Source of the DNA: an uncultured Chloroflexia bacterium
GTDB lineage: Bacteria > Chloroflexota > Limnocylindria > Limnocylindrales > CSP1-4
Direction of reading: 5' to 3'
Assembly (NCBI GenBank): GCA_963813535.1
Contig: CAWEZH010000002.1
Location: forward strand, 640,001 to 704,000
Length of the DNA: 64,000 nucleotides
The notes under the pieces are model-generated. The model saw nothing but the letters and a program-made list of their open reading frames with translations. It searched no databases and had not been told where the DNA came from. This document shows, piece by piece, positions 50,671 to 58,897 of this stretch; within the stretch, counting starts at the first letter, position 1, and each line of letters starts with the position of its first letter. The position numbers were made by a program, and so were the translations under genes.

Positions 50671-50835
50671 TCAGGCCTCGTCCGTGTCGTCCTCGACGAC
50701 TGGCTTCTCCTTGCGCGGCTTGCGGATGACCTCCACGTTCTGCGGCGGTTCCGACAGCGGCGTCAGGCTCGGCTGGGCGAGCTTGGTCTTCGGCTTCTTC
50801 TTTTGTTCTTTGCGCGGTCGATCCCGAGAGCCCAT
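50671..50835 (-). CDS. 54-aa basic/acidic microprotein (absent from ORF track)
   Basis: MGSRDRPRKEQKKKPKTKLAQPSLTPLSEPPQNVEVIRKPRKEKPVVEDDTDEA; GGAGG Shine-Dalgarno upstream. Confidence 0.7.
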   Translation of the reverse strand: MGSRDRPRKEQKKKPKTKLAQPSLTPLSEPPQNVEVIRKPRKEKPVVEDDTDEA

Positions 50836-50877
50836 CGCGTCGCCTCCGCGTCGTCATGCAAGGTATCAATGGATCCT

Positions 50878-52053
50878 TCACGCGGACTGCTCGGCGACTT
50901 CACTGCCACTCGACCGACCCGCGCGTGAGCGTAGATCGGACATCTCGGCGGGGAAGGTGCCGGCCCGGATCGAGGCTCGGATCCTGAGCATGAAGTCTAG
51001 GGTGAAGGTCAGGTTGTGACAAGTCGCGAGGCGGTAGGCGAGCAACTCCTTGGCACGGAACAGGTGCGCCAGGTAGGCCCGCGAGAATTGGCGGCACAGC
51101 AGGCACGGACAGTCCTCCTGGACTGGCGCTGGATCGTCGAGGAACGCCCGGTTGCGCAGGTTCAGTCGACCGCCTGGCACCCACAGTTGCCCGTTCCGTG
51201 CCACCCGCGCCGGCAGCACGCTGTCGAACAGGTCGATCCCCCGATGGACCGCCTCGAGCAGATCGGCCGGCGAGCCGAGACCCATCAGATACCGGGGTCG
51301 CGGATCCTCGCCGAGGGCCGGGACGGCGACGTCGAGCGTCGCATCGCGCTGCTCGGGCGTCTCGTCACCCGCCAGACCGCCGATGCAGATGCCATCGAAC
51401 GGCAGACCGGCGATGAACCGCGCCGATGCCTCGCGCAGGTCGGGGTCGAGGCCTCCCTGGACGATCCCGAACATCGCCTGATCGGCACGCGTGTGGGCGG
51501 CCAGCGAGCGCTCCGCCCAGCGATGCGTCCGGGCGGTCGCATCGGCGACCACCTCCAGCGGCGAGGTCGGGTAGACCGGCTGGTCGAAGGCGACCGCGAC
51601 GTCGGAACCGAGCGCCTCCTGAACGGCCGTCGCATGCTCGGGCGTGAACTGGTGGATCGAGCCGTCGAGATGCGAGCGGAACGTCACGCCGTCGTCGTCG
51701 ACGACGCGGAGGTCGCCGAGCGAGACGACCTGGAACCCGCCAGAGTCGGTCAGGATCGGGCGATCCCAGTCCATGAACGTATGCAGCCCGCCGAGCCGGG
51801 CGATCCGATCGTGGCCCGGCCGGAGATACAGGTGGTACGTGTTGGCCAGGATGATCGACGCCCCGGTGTCCTTGAGGTCGTCCGGTGTCAGCGCCTTCAC
51901 CGTCGCGTTCGTGCCGACCGGCATGAACTGGGGCGTCTCGACCGCGCCGTGGGGCAGCGTCAGCACCCCGGTCCGTGCCCGCGTCGACCCGTCGCTCGGG
52001 GGTGGTGTCGAGACCTCGAACCGCGTCGACGACGAGACGAAGGGTCCGGTCAC
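50878..52053 (-). CDS. tgt: tRNA-guanine transglycosylase
   Basis: [35 protein letters not shown] zinc site, HN. Confidence 0.95.
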   Translation of the reverse strand: MTGPFVSSSTRFEVSTPPPSDGSTRARTGVLTLPHGAVETPQFMPVGTNATVKALTPDDLKDTGASIILANTYHLYLRPGHDRIARLGGLHTFMDWDRPILTDSGGFQVVSLGDLRVVDDDGVTFRSHLDGSIHQFTPEHATAVQEALGSDVAVAFDQPVYPTSPLEVVADATARTHRWAERSLAAHTRADQAMFGIVQGGLDPDLREASARFIAGLPFDGICIGGLAGDETPEQRDATLDVAVPALGEDPRPRYLMGLGSPADLLEAVHRGIDLFDSVLPARVARNGQLWVPGGRLNLRNRAFLDDPAPVQEDCPCLLCRQFSRAYLAHLFRAKELLAYRLATCHNLTFTLDFMLRIRASIRAGTFPAEMSDLRSRAGRSSGSEVAEQSA

Positions 52054-53156
52054 GCCTCGTCCGTTCCGTCGGGTTCGTCCGCGCCACGCGTGTCGTCCCA
52101 GAGGCTCGGCATCCCGGGGTCGACGCGACGCGGCGGCGGGATCTCGTAGCCCAGGGCCGACAGGTGCCCCCGACCGAGGTCGGTCGCGATGCGCCCTTGC
52201 GGGGTCCGGTCGATGAAGCCGAGCCGGAGCAGGAACGGCTCGTGCACGTCCTCGATGGTGTCGACCTCCTCGGACAGCACCGCGGCGAGCGCAGCGACGC
52301 CGACCGGCCCGGAGGCGAACTTCTGGACGATCGCGGCGAGCAGCTTGCGGTCCGCCGAATCGAGACCCTCGTCGTCGATCTCCATGCGCCGCATCGCCTC
52401 GCGCGCGGTCACCTCGTGGACGATCCCGTCGCCGTGCACCTGGGCGTGGTCGCGGACACGCTTCAGCAGGCGATTGACGATGCGCGGCGTACCTCGGCCG
52501 CGACGGGCGATCGCTCGGGTCGCCTCTGCATCGATGGGCACGTCGAGGATCTCGGCCGAGCGCTCGACGATCTCGGTCAGCTCGTCCTCGGTGTAGAAAT
52601 CGAGCCGGTACGTCGCCCCGAAACGGTCACGCAACGGGGAGCTGATGCGACCCGCGCGGGTCGTGGCCCCGACGACGGTGAACGGTTTCAGGCTGAGCCG
52701 CAGGCTCCGCGCGCTCGGTCCCTTGCCGATCATCACGTCGAGCGCGAAGTCCTCCATCGCCGGATACAGGATCTCCTCGACTGCCCGATTGAGTCGATGC
52801 ACCTCATCGATGAAGAGGACGTCGCGCTCATCGAGCGATGTGAGGATCGCGGCGAGGTCGCCGGCCCGCTCGATCGCCGGACCCGATGTGTAGCGCACGT
52901 TCACACCGAGCTCGCGCGCGACGATCGTGGCCAGCGTGGTCTTGCCGAGACCGGGCGGTCCATACAGCAGGATGTGGTCGGCGGCCTCTCCCCTGGCCTT
53001 CGCGGCCTGGAGCAGCACCGACAGGTTCGACTTGACCTCGGCCTGTCCGATGTACTCGCTCAGCGTCTTGGGTCGGAGGGACCCCTCGACGACGGGATCT
53101 GCCTCTTCGTCGAGCTCGGCGGACAGGATGCTCATGCCGGTGGCGTCGTCGACCAT
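52050..53156 (-). CDS. ruvB: Holliday junction helicase RuvB
   Basis: [30 protein letters not shown]. Confidence 0.97.
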   Translation of the reverse strand: MVDDATGMSILSAELDEEADPVVEGSLRPKTLSEYIGQAEVKSNLSVLLQAAKARGEAADHILLYGPPGLGKTTLATIVARELGVNVRYTSGPAIERAGDLAAILTSLDERDVLFIDEVHRLNRAVEEILYPAMEDFALDVMIGKGPSARSLRLSLKPFTVVGATTRAGRISSPLRDRFGATYRLDFYTEDELTEIVERSAEILDVPIDAEATRAIARRGRGTPRIVNRLLKRVRDHAQVHGDGIVHEVTAREAMRRMEIDDEGLDSADRKLLAAIVQKFASGPVGVAALAAVLSEEVDTIEDVHEPFLLRLGFIDRTPQGRIATDLGRGHLSALGYEIPPPRRVDPGMPSLWDDTRGADEPDGTDEA

Positions 53157-53164
53157 CGCGCGCG

Positions 53165-53204
53165 ATGGTAGCACAAGCGCCGCCTATTTCGCACGCATGT
53201 TCTA
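53165..53204 (-). promoter_or_regulatory. ruvB promoter (extended -10 TGcTACCAT) with LexA-box-like site
   Basis: Minus strand TAGAAC-ATGC-GTGCGA (53189-53204) resembles the GAAC-N4-GTTC SOS box with one core mismatch. Confidence 0.45.
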
Positions 53205-53230
53205 GGCCCGCGGGCCGCTTGCAGCGCGGC

Positions 53231-53716
53231 TCAGTACAGCCCCATCTCCCTCCGCAGGGTGATGAGCGCGTCCTCCTCCTTCTCACTCACGCGGACAGAC
53301 CCGAAGCCGAGGAACCCGCCCTCCCGGGAGGCCTCGGCCGTCGCCTGGGCGATGCCGAGGACCCAGCCCTTGAAGGCCTTGCTCTCGTCCGGCGCGGCCT
53401 TGCGATCGAGGGCCTCGAGATCCAACCCGAGCTGGTTGAGCAGCTGCGCCGCCTGCTTCTCGCTGTTCTGGGTCTGCGGCATCGGCAGCTCGTCCTTCGA
53501 GCCTTCGGTGGCCTTGATGGCGGCGACGACCGCAGTGACGAGTTCTGCCGCCGCATCGGGAACGGGGTGCCCCGTGATGGCTTCGTAGAGGCCCTTCATC
53601 TCGCCGAAGATGCCCAAGGTGCTCATGTCCGAAACGGCGATGTACCCGCCGGCCAGGATCGGCGCCCGCACGATGCCCACCCATTCCTCGTCGGTGTAGT
53701 CCGCCTTGGTCGTCAT
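53231..53716 (-). CDS. Hypothetical protein
   Basis: YTDEEW...AEASREGGFLGFG..VSEKE, a pattern I recognise from an uncharacterised family. Confidence 0.8.
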   Translation of the reverse strand: MTTKADYTDEEWVGIVRAPILAGGYIAVSDMSTLGIFGEMKGLYEAITGHPVPDAAAELVTAVVAAIKATEGSKDELPMPQTQNSEKQAAQLLNQLGLDLEALDRKAAPDESKAFKGWVLGIAQATAEASREGGFLGFGSVRVSEKEEDALITLRREMGLY

Positions 53717-53833
53717 GGCTCCCTCGCTGCTGGTCGTGGCCGGCCGAGATCGGATGGTGCGCATAGCGCCGGCGGTCGTCCACCGCGCTGACCGGCGTCT
53801 TTCGCGCACGATGGCCGTCTACCATGGCGCGTC

Positions 53834-54709
53834 ATGCGGCCCGACCCGGACGTGACGACCGGCACCCTCCTGCGGCTCACGGCGTTCACGACCGAACCGT
53901 CCGGGGGCAATCCCGCCGGCGTCTGGATCGGGGACGCGCTGCCGTCGGACGACGAGATGCGGCGCACGGCGGTCGATGTCGGCTTCTCCGAGACGGCGTT
54001 CCTCGCGCCGGACGGCTCCGGCGCCCCTGGCCACCTGCGGGTTCGCTACTTCAGCCCGGCCAAGGAGATCGACTTCTGCGGGCACGCCACGATCGCGGCC
54101 GGTGTCGCCCTGGCCGAACGAGGCTGGCCGGGATCGCTCGTGCTGCAAACGAACGACGGGGTCATCGACCTCGATGTCGTCCGCGATGCCGCCGGCCGCT
54201 TCGAGGCGACGCTCACATCAGTCGAACCCTGGGTCCGCGAGCTCCCCGAGGGGCTTCTCCAGCGCCTGCTCGACCTCCTCGGCTGGCAGGGGGAAGCGCT
54301 CGACCCCGCCCTGCCCCCAGCCCTCGCATTCGCCGGCGTCCGCCACCCGATCATCGCCGTGCGGGACCTGGCGACGCTCGCGCGCCTGACGTACGACTTC
54401 GAGGCGATGCGCGCGCTCATGCTCGAGCACGACCTCACGACGTTGCAGTTGCTGTGGCGCGAGGGTCCGCTCCGATTCCGCGCCAGGGACCCATTCGCGG
54501 CTGGTGGCGTGGTCGAAGACCCGGCCACCGGCGCAGCCGCCGCCGCCCTTGGCGCGTACCTGCGGGAACGCGGCGAGATCACCGCCCCGTCCACGTTCGA
54601 GGTGATCCAGGGCGTCGAGATGGGTCGACCGAGCCTGCTCACCGTGTCGATCGTCGAGGGCGACCGGCGCGTGCGCGTAGCGGGGAACGCCGTCCCGATC
54701 CCGGACTAG
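53834..54709 (+). CDS. PhzF family epimerase/isomerase
   Basis: AFT...GGNPAGV, SETAF, FCGHAT, EDPATG, QGVEMGRPS. Confidence 0.92.
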   Translation: MRPDPDVTTGTLLRLTAFTTEPSGGNPAGVWIGDALPSDDEMRRTAVDVGFSETAFLAPDGSGAPGHLRVRYFSPAKEIDFCGHATIAAGVALAERGWPGSLVLQTNDGVIDLDVVRDAAGRFEATLTSVEPWVRELPEGLLQRLLDLLGWQGEALDPALPPALAFAGVRHPIIAVRDLATLARLTYDFEAMRALMLEHDLTTLQLLWREGPLRFRARDPFAAGGVVEDPATGAAAAALGAYLRERGEITAPSTFEVIQGVEMGRPSLLTVSIVEGDRRVRVAGNAVPIPD

Positions 54710-55305
54710 TCGCGCAGCAGGGTCCGCAGCGCGGCCTTGACCCGCTCCTCGAGCGTCCCGCCGATCTCCGAATCGGCCAGGGCCGTCCGCGACGCCTCGC
54801 GCGCCTCGGCAAGCGAGTAGCCGAGCGCCTGGAGCGCCGCGACCACCTCGGTCTCGGCCGCGCCACGTGTCCCGACCGCACCGGGCTCCACCGCCGCGAC
54901 GCCGGCCGCCGCGACCTTCTCCTTCAACTCGAAGATCACCCGCTCGGCGAGCTTCTTGCCGATGCCGGGGATCGATACCAGGACCGCCTGATCGCCGGTC
55001 ATGATCGCGAGCTGCAGGTCGGCCGTCGGCCTCGAACCGACGATGGCCAGGGCGACCTTCGGCCCGACGCCGGTCACGGTCAGCAGCAGGTTGAAGAACC
55101 CGAGCTCCTCGGCGTTGCGGAAGCCGTACAGCGCCTGCTGGTCCTCCCGGACGAGGTGGTACGTGTGCAGCTTCAGTCGCCCGCCGGCTGCCGCGGACGC
55201 CACGACGGACGGCGCCGCGAAGACGCGGTAGCCGATCCCCCCGACCTCGATGACCACGGAATCCGCGGTGATCGCCCCGACCACCCCGTCGACCGACGCG
55301 ATCAC
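54706..55305 (-). CDS. ruvA: Holliday junction protein RuvA
   Basis: GIGY, VREDQQALYGF, GVGPKVA, PGIGKK. Confidence 0.96.
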   Translation of the reverse strand: MIASVDGVVGAITADSVVIEVGGIGYRVFAAPSVVASAAAGGRLKLHTYHLVREDQQALYGFRNAEELGFFNLLLTVTGVGPKVALAIVGSRPTADLQLAIMTGDQAVLVSIPGIGKKLAERVIFELKEKVAAAGVAAVEPGAVGTRGAAETEVVAALQALGYSLAEAREASRTALADSEIGGTLEERVKAALRTLLRD

Positions 55306-55314
55306 CCGACGCGC

Positions 55315-55941
55315 CTAGGACGCCGAGCGCTTGGCGGCGCGCGCCTCGGTCTTCTCGAGGGCGAGCGCCTCGCGAACGGCACGGTCGAACCCGGACTCGC
55401 CTCGGGCGATGGGCGCGACGGCCGCGCGATCCATGACCGCGGACGAGGGCCCGAACTCCTGCGCAGATCCCTCGCGGGCGCTGTTCGCCGCCCAGACGGC
55501 GATCGCGAGCGCATCCGCGGCGTCGTCCGGATGCGGGCGTTCGGCCATGCCGAGGACGACCTGCACCATCCGCTGGACCTGCTCCTTGTCAGCCGCGCCG
55601 TAGCCCGCGACGGCCGACTTGACCTCGTTCGGGGTCGCTTCGACGACCGGCACCCGATGCTGCGCGGCGGCCAACAGCACGACACCTCGCGCCTGGCCGA
55701 CGCCGAAGGCCGTCTGCGCGTTCTTCGAGAAGAACAGCCGCTCGACCGCCATGAGCGCAGGGCCGTGGACGGCGACGAGTTCGTCGACGAGCGTGTGGAT
55801 GGCCAGCAGCCGATCGGGCAGCGCGGTGTCGGGCGATGTCACGAGGCACCCGTGATCGACCTCGCGGAGCCGACCCCGGCTCGATTCGACGATCCCGTAT
55901 CCCAAAGCCGCTGTCCCCGGGTCGATCCCCAGGATGATCAC
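55315..55941 (-). CDS. ruvC: Crossover junction endodeoxyribonuclease RuvC
   Basis: [28 protein letters not shown]. Confidence 0.96.
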   Translation of the reverse strand: MIILGIDPGTAALGYGIVESSRGRLREVDHGCLVTSPDTALPDRLLAIHTLVDELVAVHGPALMAVERLFFSKNAQTAFGVGQARGVVLLAAAQHRVPVVEATPNEVKSAVAGYGAADKEQVQRMVQVVLGMAERPHPDDAADALAIAVWAANSAREGSAQEFGPSSAVMDRAAVAPIARGESGFDRAVREALALEKTEARAAKRSAS

Positions 55942-56691
55942 CCGGCGACCTCGGCGAACAGCTCCTCGGGGATATCGAAGTTGGCGGTCACGCGCGAGAC
56001 GTCGTCGAGATCCTCGAGCTGCTCGACCAGGCGCAGCGCCTGGCGCGCTTTCGGTTCGTCCAGCTCGACGGTCTGCTTGGCGATCATCGTCGACTCGGCC
56101 GACTCGACCGGGACGCCCGCTCCCTCGAGCGACGAGCGGACACGCTCGAGGTCGCCCGGTGTCGTGTAGATCTCGATGGCCGACTCGTCGTCCGTGTCGA
56201 CGTCCTCGGCACCGGCGTCGATCGCGGCCAGCGTGACCTCGTCCGCATCGATGCCGTTCCGGGCGACCGTGATCAGCCCGCGCGGCTCGAACTGCCAGGC
56301 GACCGCGCCAGAGCCCGCGAGCTGTCCGCCCGCTTTCGTGAACATCGATCGGACCTCGGCGGCTGTCCGGTTCCGGTTGTCGGTCTGCGCCTCGACCAGC
56401 AGGGCCACACCGCCCGGGACCGTAGCCCTCGTACACGATCTCCTCGAACTGGTCAGCCTCGCCGCCGCCGGTCGCCTTCTCGATCGTGCGCTTGATGTTG
56501 TCGGCCGGCATGTTGACGGAGCGGGCCTTCTCGATGGCCAGCCTGAGCCGGTAGTTGGCATCCGGATCGCCGCCACCGAGACGTGCAGCCACGGCGATCT
56601 CGCGTGCGACCTTGGTGAAGAGTGCCCCGCGCTTGGCGTCGTTCGCGCCCTTCTGGCGCTTGATCGTCGACCACTTGGAATGACCTGACAT
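55938..56691 (-). CDS. yebC: YebC/PmpR family protein, one frameshift near 56420
   Basis: [11 protein letters not shown]...YEGYGP, then in another frame GGVALLV..TDNRNRT...LEDLDDV. Confidence 0.92.
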
Positions 56692-56785
56692 CGCGGGCGG
56701 GAGTATAGCCGACTATGATGGCCGGACCCCCCGCTCCGAGGCCTCGTCAGGCACCCATCGACACCGCAGGAGGATCGTCGACCCG

Positions 56786-58873
56786 ATGACGATGAAGAGC
56801 GTCGATCTGCCCCACCTCCGGAGCGTCGTCCTGGCTGGTCACGCCGGTAGCGGCAAGACGACGCTCGCCGAGCAACTGCTCTTCAGGGCCAGCGCGATCC
56901 CCCGGTTGGGCAAGGTCGACGATGGCACGGCCCACCTGGATTTCGAGCCCGAGGAGCAGAAGCGTCGCGAGTCGCTGAGCCTCGCCGTCGGGACGTTCGA
57001 GTACGACGGCACGCGCATCTCGCTCGTCGACACGCCGGGCTACCCGGACTTCGTCGCAGACATGATCGAGGGCTTCGCCGCGGTCGATGGCGCACTGTTC
57101 GTCGTCGACGCATCGGCCCCCATCGAGGCCGGCCTCGAACAGGCGGTGGCGCTCGGACGATCGAGCGGCCGGGCCGCGTGCTTCTTCATCAACAAGTCGG
57201 ATCGCGAGAACGCCGACCCGACCGCAGCGCTCGACGCCCTCCGCGCGACGTTCGGCGACAAGATCGCCCCGCTGCAGCTCGCCATCGGCGCCGCCGAGTC
57301 GTTCGGCGGCTACGTCGACCTGGTCCACCGCAAGGCGTACGAGTGGGACGGCTCCAAGGAGGTCGAGATCCCGATCCCCGACGAGCTGGCAGGGGAGGTC
57401 GACAAGCGCCGCGACCAGCTGCTGGCGGCCGCCGCCGAGGCCGACGACGACGTCCTGGTCAAGTACCTGGAGGGCGAGGAGGTCTCCGACCCCGAGTTGG
57501 AAGCCTGCCTGCGGAAGGGCGTCAAGGAGAGCGTCCTCGCGCCCGTCCTGGTCGGCTCGGCAGCCAGGGGCATCGGCCTCCAGGCCCTGCTCGACGCGTT
57601 CACCCGCTACCTCCCCTCCCCGGCCGACGAGGCCCCGGTCAAGGCGACCGACAAGGCCGGCGCGACCAGCGACGTGCCGGCCGACGAGAGCGGGCCGCTG
57701 CTCGTGCGCGTCTTCAAGACGACTGCCGACCCGTTCGTCGGGCGGCTGACATACCTGCGCGTCCTGTCCGGCACGCTCAAGTCACAGGCCCACGTGTGGA
57801 ACACCACCCGTGACGAGGACGAGCGGATCGGCCAACTGCTGCTCCTCCATGGCAAGGAACAGGAACCCATCGGCGAGCTGAAGGCCGGTGAGATCGGGGC
57901 GGTCGCCAAGCTGGCCGTGACCGAGACCGGTGACACGCTCGGCGCGAAGGAGAAGGGTCTCCGCTTGTCGCCGCTCGAGTTCCCGGCGCCGTCGCTGGTG
58001 GTCGCCATCGAGCCGGTCTCGAAGCAGGACCTCGACAAGATGGGTCCCGCGCTGGCCCGCCTGCTGGAGGAGGATCCGACCGTCCGCCTGGAGCGGACCG
58101 CGACCGGCGAGCAGGTGCTCCGGACGATGGGTGAGGCCCACACCGCCGTCACCCTCGAGCGGCTCAAGCGGAAGTTCGGGGCGGCCATCCAGACGCACAT
58201 CCCGAAGGTCCCGTACAAGGAGACGATCCGCGGCACGACCAAGGTCCACGGTCGGTACAAGAAGCAGACCGGCGGCCACGGCATGTTCGGTGACGTCTGG
58301 ATCGAGCTCGAGCCGAACCCCGAGGGTGGTGTCGAATTCGCCGAAAAGATCGTCGGTGGCTCCGTGCCGAAGGGGTTCTTCCCTGGCGTCGAGAAGGGCA
58401 TCCGCGAGGCGGCCGCCGAGGGTGTCCTCGCCGGCTATCCGCTGTCCGACTTCAAGGCCACGCTCTACGACGGCTCATTCCACACGGTCGATTCGAACGA
58501 GCTGTCGTTCAAGATCGCGGCGTCGATGGCACTCAAGGAAGGCGTCCACCAGGCGAAGCCGGCCCTCCTCGAGCCGATCATGCTCGTCGAGATCCGCATC
58601 CCCGAGGCGTACATGGGTGAGGTCAACCGCGATCTCAACGGTCGCCGCGGCCGGGTGCTCGGGATGGATTCGGACGGCGGCGTCCAGATCATCACGGCCC
58701 ACGTCCCGCAGGCGGAGCTGTTCTCGTACGCCACGGAGCTGCGCTCGCTCGCCCAGGGCCGTGGGTCGTTCACCGCGTCGCTCGACCACTACGAGGACGT
58801 TCCGTCGCACCTCGCCGAGAAGGTGATCGCCGAACACCGCCAGACCGTGGAGGCCGGGCACGGCGGGCATTGA
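56786..58873 (+). CDS. fusA: Elongation factor G-like protein (EF-G2 type paralog)
   Basis: GHAGSGKTT, DTPGY, NKSD, KKQTGGHG, DGSFHTVDS, LLEPIM; not in an rpsL-rpsG-tuf operon. Confidence 0.9.
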   Translation: MTMKSVDLPHLRSVVLAGHAGSGKTTLAEQLLFRASAIPRLGKVDDGTAHLDFEPEEQKRRESLSLAVGTFEYDGTRISLVDTPGYPDFVADMIEGFAAVDGALFVVDASAPIEAGLEQAVALGRSSGRAACFFINKSDRENADPTAALDALRATFGDKIAPLQLAIGAAESFGGYVDLVHRKAYEWDGSKEVEIPIPDELAGEVDKRRDQLLAAAAEADDDVLVKYLEGEEVSDPELEACLRKGVKESVLAPVLVGSAARGIGLQALLDAFTRYLPSPADEAPVKATDKAGATSDVPADESGPLLVRVFKTTADPFVGRLTYLRVLSGTLKSQAHVWNTTRDEDERIGQLLLLHGKEQEPIGELKAGEIGAVAKLAVTETGDTLGAKEKGLRLSPLEFPAPSLVVAIEPVSKQDLDKMGPALARLLEEDPTVRLERTATGEQVLRTMGEAHTAVTLERLKRKFGAAIQTHIPKVPYKETIRGTTKVHGRYKKQTGGHGMFGDVWIELEPNPEGGVEFAEKIVGGSVPKGFFPGVEKGIREAAAEGVLAGYPLSDFKATLYDGSFHTVDSNELSFKIAASMALKEGVHQAKPALLEPIMLVEIRIPEAYMGEVNRDLNGRRGRVLGMDSDGGVQIITAHVPQAELFSYATELRSLAQGRGSFTASLDHYEDVPSHLAEKVIAEHRQTVEAGHGGH

Positions 58874-58897
58874 CCCGCCGACCCAGCGACGCCGGCC

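Noticed and set aside
56400-56440. Programmed frameshift or a yebC-ruvC fusion (ORF 55315..56691)
   Set aside because: A single indel after YEGYGP explains it, no slippery heptamer is evident, and ruvC has its own GTG at 55941.
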